A DNA stretch of 64,000 nt, from the NCBI GenBank assembly GCA_965644315.1, contig CBFFRQ010000050.1, positions 62,001 to 126,000 on the forward strand. Reading direction: 5' to 3'. The notes beneath the pieces are model-generated. The model ran no database searches, had not been told where the DNA came from, and saw only the letters and a list, made by a program, of their open reading frames with translations. The DNA is from Caecitellus pseudoparvulus. Its lineage: Eukaryota > Protista > Bigyra: Bicosoecida. Each line of letters begins with the position of its first letter. Position 1 is the first letter of the stretch. Positions 31,001 through 40,376 of the stretch are shown piece after piece. Position numbers and translations under genes: made by a program.

Positions 31001-34000
31001 CCACCCAGATCCCCAGGTGATCAGTCGCCCATCTTCAAGGACTACAGCAGACCGCTCCCTGCCAACTGCGAGCTGAACCACCCGCAATCCCCCAAAGTCC
31101 AGTGGGCCAGCCTGGCCAGGAGGAACGCTGTGCCCCACCGCGTCAGAGTTGCCATAACCGAGTCGGCCATCATTTGGAAGGCCCCAGCAGAACACCCGGC
31201 CCGCGTTGTCCAGCGCACACACATGCCACTCATCCCCGTGAATGGCCACCAGGCTGGCGTTCAAGGCCACGTCGATCGCTGAGCTGTAGGTCCGGTGCAC
31301 AGTGACGCCAGGCGTTCCGCAGACTCCATTATAGCAGTATCCCCAGCAACGAGCAACAGTTCCAGAGCTTCGCTGCACAAGTGCACACGATGAGGCGTAT
31401 GTTGATGTGACATCGACGATTGGGTCTGTGTCATCAACGAGGGGCACATTCGCTGGAGGGTTTCCACCAGAACCTCCGTGGTCTTGGTTCGATACGTCTA
31501 CGCCAAGCTGGAAGCCATCCCCGTCACCCCAGCATCGAACATCCGCCGTGGATGTGAGCGCACAGACGACCCTTCGGGACATCGATAGCTTCACCGCTAC
31601 TGCCCCAAGGTTCACTGACACACTCGAAGGCAGCTCATTGTCGCCAAGGTGGGCTGTCGAGCCATACCCCAGGATGCCTTGGTTGTCACGATCTCTGCCG
31701 ACGCATCTGACACTGCCACCTAGAAGAATGAAGCATGCCGAAGCTTCTCCTGATGATTCCACTGCAACAACTTTGCCACCGAGGCTCATATCCCCATAAA
31801 CAACAGACGGTGGCAGCGCAGAATTGGTCCGCATCCCTACAGCGTCCTCGCTCGAAGCCCTGCCAGCGCAGCCGGCATTGTTTTGGCCAGCGAAACGCAC
31901 ACCACCTTGATCGGTCAAAGCCCAGGTTGTGTACTCTCCGAGGGCAATGTCTACGACTCTGCCCCCAAGCTCGGCACGGTTGACGTAAAGCGCAGGCTCA
32001 TTGTCTCCCACATTCACTGATCCGGGGAGACCGAACTCCTCGTTGCCATTTGCACCCCAGCAGACCAGCTCTGCCTGCAGCGTGATGCCGCACGTGTGTC
32101 TGAACCCAATGTCAACTTTCGCCAGCCCCCCTGCTCTCACACTACTCGCCCGCCACCCCCGAATGCTCGAGAGGCTGGCCATCGGCGGTGGCAAAGCGGT
32201 GTTAGCAGTTCGAGTGTCATGATGGAAGCAGCTCTGCAAGATCCCGTCCTCGTCCACCCAGCAGGGAGAGCCACACTTGTCACCAACAGAGTCGATTATC
32301 ACGTCGGCCGCAGAGAACCAAGGTGATGGTTCAGAAACTGCCGGACTACTGCCCTCGCCCCGCATCCCGTTTGAGTACGATCCCCAGCACTGAACTGTGC
32401 CTCCGTGCATGAGAGCACAGCCTGTGCGCTCGGCTGCAACAACCCTTGCAGCTGGCCTGTGCAAGAGCACGGGGGGCATGTACAGCAGCGACGTCGTCGG
32501 TCGAGTGTGGCTCTGAGAGGTGAGGTAGCCTGTGGCGTAGGAATCTGTGCTTCCCCAGCACACAACCTCGCCGTTCTGGCGCAAAGCACAGGCGAGACGC
32601 TCCTTGACGCTAACACTGACAAAGTCGTCGGTGCTGGGAATGCGCGCAGCGGGCAAGGAGCCGATGGGGTCCGTGTTGCTTCCCAGGCGGGCTGAGGAGC
32701 TCGTCATGCCCAGGCCGAGAACTCCGTCCAAGTTCATTCCCCAGCAGAACACGCCACCGTCGTCATACAGGACGCATGCTGTGTAGCGCCCAGCTGAGAT
32801 GGAGACCACGTGACCTGACAATGCCCCGAGCTGCACGAGGCCATTTGTGTACAGCTGATTTGGGTTCACATTGTTGGAAGCAGTGTCGCGGCCAGACAGC
32901 GACGCAACTGCACCCCAACACATGACCTCTCCGTTAGCCAGCAATGCACAGGGGGTCCTGTCTAGACCAGCAACTTGGACCGCTCTTTGGCCTTCCAGGT
33001 GCACTGCAGCCTCCGCCATGCCTGAAGCGCTCCTCGCGTCCAGGGTGCTCCCGCCCCCGGACAGCGCCAAGTCGAGCCCCCCCCCCAAACCCCAGCAGTA
33101 AACATTGTTTGCGGCTTCCGATGAGGCTGCGCAGGTGAAATCAGTCGAGGCAGCGATGCTGATGGCGCTGGAGCCTGCCGGCATGAAGACTTCGGGCAAG
33201 ACAGAGGGGTGCTCGTCGTCACCCACATCTCCGAGCTCAGGTGGGCTGTGCCACAAGACGCCTGCACTTGCCTTCCCCCAGCACTTGATGCTGCCTTGTT
33301 GCAGAATTGCACACATGTGAGCTGCTCCGATGCTCACGTCGACAACTGGGCCTCCAACGTCCACGTAGGCCTCATCGGAAAGGGGCTGAGAGTCGCCAAC
33401 GTTGCTATCAAAGGCATACCCCAGCATGCCGTTGACATTCCTGCCCCAGCATTTGAGCTTGGCTTGTGCAGTAATGACGCAAAACTGGCTCTGCCCGCTT
33501 TCGATCCGAACCACCCGTGCTTGGCAAGCAGCTGAGATTTCTGGGTGAAGATTGAATGCCGTGAGGCTCAGCGGGGTGCCAGGCCAAGTCATCTCAGCAA
33601 ATGGCACAGGGCCAGGAGAAACCGGTGCCCAGCTCGACGTCAGGTTGGCCCCGCTGAACACCTGCACATTGTCCCAGGTGAGCGATGAAGCAGCCGCAAA
33701 TGGAATTGCAGCCCGGAGCACTTGGACTGTGAAGTTCAGAGGGGTCTCAGGGGACGCCCAGCCCTCTTCCCATGCGGTTCCTCTCCGCCCTGCTGTTGTG
33801 TCAGTCCAGTGCAAAGGGTGCTGGGCAGCCGCCACGACACATGCCGTGCTCTCGTTTTTCCAAGCGGCTCCCGTCCAGCGGTACAGACTGCACAGCACGG
33901 CGGGGCTTGGACTGGGGACCCACGGGAAAAGAACCTCCACTCGCATTGCCACATTTCCTGGCAAGGACAAGTTCACGTGGGAGTGTTCGTACAGGCCGGG

Positions 34001-34459
34001 CGGTGGCAAGTTCGTGTGCTGGGCAGGCCAGCTGGTGTTGGACCCAGTGAGCACCCGGTAGTCCTGCCACAGAGTGACGTTGTCCACCTCTGACCACGCC
34101 AACCGCCCAATCCACCACCAAGTTGATGCGTACTGTGACGTAGCTGCGGTGGACCCCACTGGAACTGGCGGGAGGAACGTGCTCGCGTTGCCGAGAGCTG
34201 GGTCGCCTGCAACCTCCAGAGTGGATGGAACGCCCACCGCAGCTGCGAGGAAATCCCAGCGGAGGAGCTTGTCCCCCGATGAGATGGCGACATGGTTCAG
34301 TTCTATGGAGTAGTTTGCGTTCTCGGCCAGCCGCAGGGGCGGCGCCACGTCAACCCAGCCTGCGCCGGGAGGAACCGTCAAGCTCTCTACGAGCTGCCCT
34401 TCAGCAGCACCCGTGAACGCAACAGCCACGGAGCATATGGCTAAGACATAGCCTTGCAT
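25070..34459 (-). CDS. Giant RCC1-propeller / IPT-TIG / multi-TM receptor, paralog C (divergent)
   Basis: 3129-aa intronless ORF with signal peptide MQGYVLAICSVAVAFTGAAEG. Same domain order as A and B, with a longer low-complexity C-tail. Confidence 0.9.
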   Translation of the reverse strand: MQGYVLAICSVAVAFTGAAEGQLVESLTVPPGAGWVDVAPPLRLAENANYSIELNHVAISSGDKLLRWDFLAAAVGVPSTLEVAGDPALGNASTFLPPVPVGSTAATSQYASTWWWIGRLAWSEVDNVTLWQDYRVLTGSNTSWPAQHTNLPPPGLYEHSHVNLSLPGNVAMRVEVLFPWVPSPSPAVLCSLYRWTGAAWKNESTACVVAAAQHPLHWTDTTAGRRGTAWEEGWASPETPLNFTVQVLRAAIPFAAASSLTWDNVQVFSGANLTSSWAPVSPGPVPFAEMTWPGTPLSLTAFNLHPEISAACQARVVRIESGQSQFCVITAQAKLKCWGRNVNGMLGYAFDSNVGDSQPLSDEAYVDVGGPVVDVSIGAAHMCAILQQGSIKCWGKASAGVLWHSPPELGDVGDDEHPSVLPEVFMPAGSSAISIAASTDFTCAASSEAANNVYCWGLGGGLDLALSGGGSTLDARSASGMAEAAVHLEGQRAVQVAGLDRTPCALLANGEVMCWGAVASLSGRDTASNNVNPNQLYTNGLVQLGALSGHVVSISAGRYTACVLYDDGGVFCWGMNLDGVLGLGMTSSSARLGSNTDPIGSLPAARIPSTDDFVSVSVKERLACALRQNGEVVCWGSTDSYATGYLTSQSHTRPTTSLLYMPPVLLHRPAARVVAAERTGCALMHGGTVQCWGSYSNGMRGEGSSPAVSEPSPWFSAADVIIDSVGDKCGSPCWVDEDGILQSCFHHDTRTANTALPPPMASLSSIRGWRASSVRAGGLAKVDIGFRHTCGITLQAELVCWGANGNEEFGLPGSVNVGDNEPALYVNRAELGGRVVDIALGEYTTWALTDQGGVRFAGQNNAGCAGRASSEDAVGMRTNSALPPSVVYGDMSLGGKVVAVESSGEASACFILLGGSVRCVGRDRDNQGILGYGSTAHLGDNELPSSVSVNLGAVAVKLSMSRRVVCALTSTADVRCWGDGDGFQLGVDVSNQDHGGSGGNPPANVPLVDDTDPIVDVTSTYASSCALVQRSSGTVARCWGYCYNGVCGTPGVTVHRTYSSAIDVALNASLVAIHGDEWHVCALDNAGRVFCWGLPNDGRLGYGNSDAVGHSVPPGQAGPLDFGGLRVVQLAVGRERSAVVLEDGRLITWGSGWNGALGYGSSDAVGGGGSIADLSVRYKPSAVHLPRGSTFRGVSFDFKLTGVLGGLGEAQRWTHWRCVECDVSNLHAMPRWLGQAVASTGEIDFPFSPAQGGVACALMSLSTLDVANWPGVCVWPEHYSPGDSVLSVTSFGVPSRSTPQLAPAGGDALELHGVFWAMALFDDGMNQVFLGGQECRFPRILASGSLLSCLAPALSSASSVSFAPRIRASIPGVPTELSAPFNVSYLAPVIIGVLPQRDVSIFGQRITLQGQFFGVPYDTSTSLGIPIAAYSVSVPSHGVICSNVTHFSDTSLSCDLPSGYGTATLQVSVLGQLSTTIDLEYAKPALNDISPKFALWSPSQSSHFSSFVLSGANLGREVADLSATVAGAPCGSQVWHNSSSFSCLDVDMHHISTSSLLAPASVVIGGQPAAVLAASVTVFGPMTLFVAQPMPVPNSGGVINIDGRNLGRTLGQYGAPPAGDITAIALGTPPVPCTGIIVLSSSRLSCQVPPGVGTLSPIAVRRLGGANATLEGASLTYERPVITIVSPVFLLKTVPSSPSDASVLFMGSGFGSLASPTPSTLLSGTVAGLPCAQATFLNGTSVLCSGLNGSALVRGKRSSVALQVKDLTADTVGVTVHVFDEPRVTGVRPSTIPVHGARVQLVGDGFGRADGQYGAPRSGDILGITLGPDSLPCTDIQVLSDTRLECDVPSGTGLLSPVTLQRAGGWSVQYVDAALQYAAARVQSISPRYVLAPASASAVLDVALLGEGFGVSFAAGPVGAMQGSVGGVPCGHVEYVNDTLVWCRGVALGNVSLDSRAEVRLVVSGVQAVTQSISLRVYGAPTLEPALPALIPAGGGAELSILGRNFGEVGSDVAAVRFGSAECRDVVLISESSLRCTAPGWANATHGMSDPGPVVEGFLVSASGLASAVQADAVRYDLPDVYVATPTEVLHAHNSSSLTYTFVATGNALGRSDLPWNGTMSIAGVDCVGAGGQVLLGDLGRSLTCEGFRANKFPFEVAVDDPNSHVRIRTNEGLLVTSEPGSMRVMPPPIVTSLQPAKVRAGGTLTIIGRNFGWQQSDIVAVSIGGIPVAPGDIVRTGVGGVQVVVPPARSNAAADNRFLRVDIETVAGWSSASQVQAGEAPVLFEYERDALPPLNAPRSLCGFREASDGGLARVEFVLEEDSITDQFPVTTWMVEFSTQPWFAPVSETAPAAVETRFVGNVLGDEVTYLSSPSQQCARSVAASQISVGSRRLQGSPQRVNVRVLNTPEQPFWMRVYAVTDPGRPLETRGPASEAIGPVYSMCDRQEYLATQFAARGDWEGAVCRPCPDGALCGGGTWESVSNEPGFYRVPWSEDAMLFAKCAVKEACPANAAGFVEGNFTSPPLGAFSAGSTSSIVNDCAEGYEGPMCANCQEGYAPQINLNCEQCAETGVATLGFIGGLLAGSAALAFLIRTAIKSRGNPAKPHVALAKLLFVHLQQIALAAAFPMEWPPALRAMFAVFDAGSSMGDALLSVDCLRWDLASSFLGNRTTQLLLPVFAVLVLGLFWLSMHLGGSLFSGMWERMRGGPAPEHASHRHPSLPTSRPPVKELPAPASPPPESSVVEMPPWKCFVVSIIVLFFVLQLNLTKSALSLMTCTTVAGRRMLAGDLQFDCDDPANHGWMYGAGIVCLFAYAFGVSLVTGLALFLNRKKLKEPETRALFGFLFSTYRDEYYYWEIVIQFRKIAMAFIGVLLRPSGIGTQATFATTLMVASSMAHNAALPFRSSILNHFENASIVVTLVTLNGGSTLIDPRASPTWKSMISVLIVVFNMAYFGAIFYILLRLFCSDASTQAALAEALGRVSERMKGKAPGQKDAVDEEETGDGPRAKRKAAPSAFSSLFSTLSLRKKPPHSGSGPAQAKPQQQESASVQATASQARDPKHAAELSKMFMRRPSMARRRSSSSFSPGPARTSRGKEEKATAASQATPARQSASSESGQGTRGKPAIALK
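28551..29092. repeat. ~540-bp patch in gene C near-identical to A (~8118-8659, direct) and B (~20023-20564, inverted)
   Basis: Encodes PVHGARVQLVGDGFGRADG...VVSGVQAVT almost identically in all three genes, while the flanking sequence of C is divergent. Confidence 0.9.
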
Positions 34460-34811
34460 GGTGCACGCTCAATTGCTGTGCCTGTTTGATGCGGTCCGAG
34501 CCCTTCAGAGCGATCTCCACCGAGTATGGAGCAAGTCCGCACCACCCGATGGGGAAGAGCTGGCGTTTGCCGTCCGAGCAGTGCAGGGCTCAGCACTCAG
34601 AAAAAGAAGTGCTGAGCACGTGACATGCACGGCTGCAGAAGAGTAGAATTGGACCGAAGAGTGGGAAGCACATAGCTCGTTCAGAGGCATGTCTCCCGCG
34701 CGTGAGCAGCTGTAGTTTGTTCAGTACTACGACTTGTTTGGCCAGCAGCTCCTTCCTGTAGCCAAAGATCAACCCGGGTGGGCACGCCGATGCATTGCGG
34801 GCAAGGTGCAC

Positions 34812-36612
34812 TCAATCTGCCTTCGGTACAGCGCCTTGAAGAGCCTTCAGGAGAGTGTTAGCCTCTACCTCAGTCTTTACCTTGATGGAGCAGCGGCGGG
34901 TGACAGCCTTCATCTCCGTGGAGTCGTCCTTGATCACCTTCTCATTTACCATGACCATGACCAAGATGTTCTTGGCATCCAGGCGGGAAGGCTCCATGCC
35001 AGGCAGCATCGCACCATTCACTAGGAACTTCTCGGTGCTCCCAACTGCCGTGGAGAAGAGCACGCGCCCGGGCCCATCAGCCCCCTTGGTCACCAACCGC
35101 AGCTTGCCGACGCCAAGGTTGCCCCAGCCCTCCCCCACTTTCTGCCCATCTTCGCCCAGCTCATCGCGCCACTTGTACATCTTGGCGCGCAGCTCCAGCG
35201 CCAATGCATCGCCTTCACCCAGGAAGTCTTGCTCTGTTGCCTCGGCTACAGCCTCTGCAGCAGCAGGGGCTGGCGCTGGTGCCGGGGCCTCTGCAGCCAC
35301 CCCAATGCCAAGCTTGCTGTTAATGCTGGCAGACGTGCCTGTGGACAGCGCCTGGGAGAAGAGGCTCCCAGACGTGCTTCCACCAGCCCCAGTCAGCAGA
35401 GGTTGTGGCGCGGACGCTGCCATCAGCGACCCGGTCAGCGCAGCAGAAGACACCGGGGAGTTACCACCTCCAGTTCCCTGGGAGTCTGCGCCCTTCCTTG
35501 CTTTCAAATCCGATGCGTACTTCACATAGTCAGTCGTGCCTTCGCTCAAGTCACACAGCGGGTCCTCCTCAAGCTGCTGCGACACCCACGAGGAGAAGGA
35601 TCGGTTGAGCTTGGCCATTTGGGAAAAGAACTGCTCAGTTGTCAGCGGCCCCGTGGCGGGGGTGTGAGGAGTGGACGCTGTAGAGGTCTTGGCAGGCGTA
35701 AGTACCAAGGTAGAAGTACTTTCTTCACTTGCCCCTCCTGACGCAGCTGCAGCCGGAGCCGGCGCCGGAGCCGCAGATGACCCAGACAGCAGAGACCCGC
35801 CGAACAAGCTCCCACCACCGTTGGGGGCGCTGCCGCTGCCCTCAGCTGCAGCCGGAGCCGGAGCCGGAGCCGCAGATGACCCAGACAGCAGAGACCCGCC
35901 GAACAAGCTCCCACCACCGTTGGGGGCGCTGCCGCTGCCCTCAGCTGCAGCCGGAGCCGGAGCCGGAGCCGCAGATGACCCAGACAGCAGAGACCCACCG
36001 AACAGGCTCCCGCCACCGTTGGGGGCGCTGCCGCTGCCCTCAGCTGCAGCCGGAGCCGGCGCCGGAGCCGCAGATGACCCAGACAGCAGAGACCCGCCGA
36101 ACAAGCTCCCACCACCGTTGGGGGCGCTGTCGCTGCCCTCACCTGCAGCCGGAGCCGGCGCCGGAGCCGCAGATGACCCAGACAGCAGAGACCCACCGAA
36201 CAGACTCCCGCCACCGCTTGGCAGAGCAGCGGAGCTTGACCCAGAAGAGAAAAGACCAGACCCCCCGCCTAGAAGAGACTGCCCAGAGCTGGTCTGTCCT
36301 TGCTGCCCACTCACCAAGCTCACTCCCGCAAGAGCACTAGCCGAACTCGTAGCTTTCTCCCCGTCTCCCGTTCCGCTTGCCTTGACTCGAGACCTGCGCT
36401 TGACGATCTTTCGCTTTGAAATCTCCTCAGCAGATGCTCTTGTGAAGCCGCTTGACAGGTCCATTTGCTCCGAAGACTGCGAAATGTAGAGATGATGGTG
36501 TGCATGCGGAACTTGACGTCCAACCTGTACGCAGGCTTACCTCAACCGCTTCTCCGGACGCTTCATCCCGCACCAGTTCGCCACCACGGCGTTTCTTCCC
36601 TCGATGATCCAT
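34812..36612 (-). CDS. NUP50: NUP50/Nup2-like FG nucleoporin with C-terminal Ran-binding domain
   Basis: ATG at 36612 (MDHRGKKRRGGELVRDE), intron 36477-36540, then FTRASAEEISKRKIVKR (NUP50 N-motif). Also SLFG repeats, LNRSFSSWV...DYVKYA, and RanBD-like RAKMYKW...W..LGVGKLRL. Confidence 0.8.
35745..36217. repeat. Coding tandem repeat, 99-bp unit x ~4.8 (GGSLFGGSLLSGSSAAPAPAPAAAEGSGSAPNG)
   Basis: Directly visible in both DNA and protein. Confidence 0.9.
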
Positions 36613-37199
36613 TGCCTGCTCTTGTGACTCGCTTGCAGGTGAGAAGTGCTGCTTTCTCCGACTCCCGGTGAGGACCACTTGCCGTCTGGCTCTCAAAGCG
36701 AGTTTGCCCAAACTGCTACCTACCAACCAGCTCACTGCACTGGCCGGGCAAACACTACGGATGGTAACGATGACGGAGCAACATGCTGGGATTTTGAATT
36801 GGAAGGCTAGAAAACCATTCCTCTCAACATGCTTACTGCAATGCATTGGGTTGCCTGCTAGGAAGTGGCGTCGGAGCTTGTGCCAGCTATGAACAAGACA
36901 GCTTGTGGCGGAATCGTCCCAAAGGCAGTGGTCGAGTGCGTTGATGGCAGAAAAGGCACGAGCTTCGCGCCCACGGCCCTCGGGACACGCTGTAGATGCG
37001 ATCAGATGCCTCCAAGTTGGTGTTGACCTGTGGTGCAGCCCAAGGTCTTCGCCAGCCATCCCAGCTCTCAGTGGTGCCCTGACTTGGAGGGGCTCCTGAA
37101 GAATGTTAAGACTGCCCTTGCCAAACCAACAGGTCACAGTCCTAGCAAGCCTTCTGGCACCAATGCGCGTCTGCAACTGTGCCATGGGCAGCCCATGGC

Positions 37200-38590
37200 T
37201 CACAGTCCACGTGCGAGGGCATCGCGGACACCGCAGTTTTCCCCATAGTAGCCTTGAAAACAGACGCACGTGCCAGAGCTGTGGTTGCATGTTCCCCTGT
37301 TTGAACAGTCAACATGGCACAAGTTTCCCTTCTTGCCTACATCACTCTCTGCGCTGTTAATTAGTGCAGTCTGCAAGGACGCAGAGGGTGGTGCATGGCA
37401 GCGCACAGTCAAAGGAAAGGATGCCGCACGCACATGCTCCCAAACAATGCCATCTGAGTCAGTGTCTGCCCCGTCACCGGACCAGTCGTACAGTGCTTTT
37501 GCTCCTGCCAAGCTCGCGCTTTCCTGAGTCAGGGGCGTGGCGACGAGGCGTCGTCTTCAGGCCAATGGTGCGATTGGCGATACGCGCACCTGTGCTTGAA
37601 GGACCGGCACACCGCCTTGCGTGGGCCCTTTCCAAACGGCACGGTTGCTGTCGAAGAGAAAGCACTTCTCCTCGTTGTGAGCTGTGTTGGGGTCATCTCC
37701 AGATGGACACCGTCCTGCGACGGGGTGGCCGGCAAGTTGTGCGCGAGGAAGGCCAAGCGTCAGCCAGACTACGCACTGAGCGAGCAGTCTGGACCAAACC
37801 ACTGAGATGCTTGCACTTGGTCACTGTCATAGCCCACTTCCCATGAGCTGTCACAGACACAGGCGTGAGTCTTCTCTTCGTCCCATGTGGTGGCCGCCAC
37901 GTCCCCGCCGTACATGAAGTCAGGCGGGCCGAAGGGCTGTGCAGTTGCTTCAAGGTGCAGGTCTCGAAGTGCCACACATCGACCATGACCACTGCAGTCA
38001 TTGTGGCATCCAGCTGGGCATGCCAAGTTTGGGGATTGTGGTGTGAAGAGTGTCGTGTGGTGCACTGAGCGCGTGCGGACGTACTCCTTTGACAAGCCTC
38101 TCCCGTGAAGGGTTCCAGGCAAGCACAGCGCCCACTTTGCCTGTCGCACACTCCAGCGTTGCTGCACTCAGCGACACTGTGTGCCGTATTCGGTGCTGTA
38201 GGGACGTCAGCCCAAGCTCTTCCTGAGAAGGGCAAGCCTCAAGGTGGCGTTGCATGGGCGTTTCAACGCAGCACCCCGTGCCACTTACCTGACGGGCACA
38301 CGCCTGTGAAGGTAGGAGGTACAGAGTCATGGCATACTTTTGACGCTTGGTTGCCTGGGGGGCGCACGTTTGGAACAGTCTGGGCTCTTGATAGCAGAGA
38401 CGTCTGACTCTGCACCCCATCCTGGGAAGCAATCGCAGGTTCGGGTCAGAGTGTTGCACTCCCCGTGACCATTGCAGTCTCCCAAATGCGAACAATCTCC
38501 GTATGTATCAATTCGAGCCGTTGCGAAGTGCAGTCGGGCGCTCAGTCCGAAGAGCAGGAGGGCGGCACCCTGGACTGCCCTTCCCCGCAT
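37200..38590 (-). CDS. Secreted EGF-like repeat protein, tubular mastigoneme (Sig/Ocm)-like; multi-exon
   Basis: Signal peptide, then CNGHGEC...PDCS, AWADVP..NTAH..AECSNAGVCDRQSGRCAC, CSGHGRC, WD.....CVCD...WFGPDCSL, CPSGDDP and CSNRGTCN..SG.C.CF.GYYGENC across spliced ORF fragments. Confidence 0.75.
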
Positions 38591-39125
38591 GCTTCTGGCG
38601 CGCTGCATGCTGCCCAGCCTGACTGACTGCCTTATCACAGCTCTCCTTTCCCAGTCGGGGAAGGCACACCTTGCTTTGTCAGGGAAGGTCGACTCACTGA
38701 GGAGTGGATGTTTATGTTGTGTTCACCCGCACTTGTTCAGAGAGCGCCAAGCGTCCTCAAGCGCAGCAAGTGCGCGGACAAAGCAAAGGAACGGGGACCA
38801 TGCTCTCCACGGCGAATACCTTCAAGTGCAGCTTGAGCAGGACCAGGTGCCTCTTGATGCCTGCAATGTGTTTTTTGTCTGTCCAACCCGGAGCCAGACA
38901 CTCATTTTACACAGCACCTGGCCGATCAATAATACAAATATCAACAGTCACAACTGATGAATGCGCCATCTTCCCTGTGCACAACAAATATGTGCGTCTT
39001 GCTCTTTGCGTGGGGGAGCTGCTTGTGCCCAAAGTGCCTGCCCTTCGGTTGCACGCGGCCATCCCGCAGCAGCTCTATGCCAGCCTCTCACTTGTACTGT
39101 CCTGGCTCCTTGCTCAGTATCAATC

Positions 39126-40034
39126 ATGGCCGCTTCAGACACCATCAAGCGCGAGGACTTGAACGTCCGGGAGGTGCGTTACAGGCTTCCAGCGTCTGTT
39201 TCCTCATGTGCAAGGTGTCCTGGCGTGGCTGTCAGTGCAACGCCGCCACGCCAGGCCGTCGACGGTGCCGGAGGCGAACATTGACTGGAGACGTCGCCAC
39301 CCCCTTCCTTTTCACACTTTCTTGTTCACAGGAGATCTCCTCTGCGTCTGACTTCGGGCGCACGCACGACATTGCAGCAGCTGAGGTGCGTGGCCTGCCC
39401 AGGCAGCTCAGCGTCGACCTGTGCCAAGCACTGCTCTTGACTTCTTGCAGGGAAATGCTGCCTCCAAGTTTGCCAACGCAGCAGCTAAGTGGGGCGAGTG
39501 GGCCTTCGTGGTAGATTTCTCCACAACCAAGCTTGACAACCCCGCGACAGGTGGCTTTGCCATCCCAGCCGGCGTACGTGCACTTGGCCAATCTCGCGTC
39601 GATGGCTTGCCCTTCCCACTTGGAGCCCTCTCTGTTCCACAGCTTGCAGCCGAAGGCCAGGGCATTTATGAGATCGGCATCAACAAGCCCAAGGTACGTT
39701 GCCTCCCACTGGGCAGGGTGGGGCCCCGTATCACCCACCTCACTGCTTTCTGCAGACCAACCCCATGGTGGGCCCTAGCTCTGTCGTCTACGTAGGCTTC
39801 GCGCAAAATATCGGCAAGGCTGTGAAGAAGGATTTTGCCTTCAACTCCAATGTTGGAGTGTGGCTTGTCAAGTGCCTGCAGGACGGGCTGACGGTGTTCG
39901 TGCGCACGCTCAAGGTGGAGGGCAAGAAGGAAGCCGGCAAGGCGTGGCACAAGGAGGTCATTCTGGACCGCCTGGACTACGCGTGGAACACCGACGATAC
40001 GGGGGCTGATCCCCGTTGGGTCGACCCCAAGTAG
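39126..40034 (+). CDS. GIY-YIG superfamily protein resembling the plant Effector of Transcription (ET) domain
   Basis: Four exons; introns 39174-39331, 39386-39450 and 39694-39755 all join in frame. Motifs GIYEIG...VVYVG.A.N...G..VFVR...DYAWN. Confidence 0.6.
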
Positions 40035-40376
40035 GCTTGCTGGAACCCACTGACTCCGGGACGGGGTCCGGTGCCTTGACAGGGATCGGTGCAACCAAAC
40101 CATCTGGGAAGCTTTGCCCGGCCCAACAAATCCAAATCACGAGCCAGCCTTCGCGACGTTGCGGCTTCAGCGTGGTCTCTCCCCCGCCAGTCAGGGCACG
40201 CTGAAGCTTAGTTGTGTTTGACGCGCAGAATTGGTTTGCACCTTGACCGAGGCGCCGCACCTGCCGTCTGTGCTGCGCGGAAGCAGCGTTTTCCTTGCTC
40301 CGTGGAGCTGTGGTTCAAGTATTGCTTGGGGCTGATAGAGCGCTAGCGAATCTGATTCTGCCGTGGCTTACGAGCC

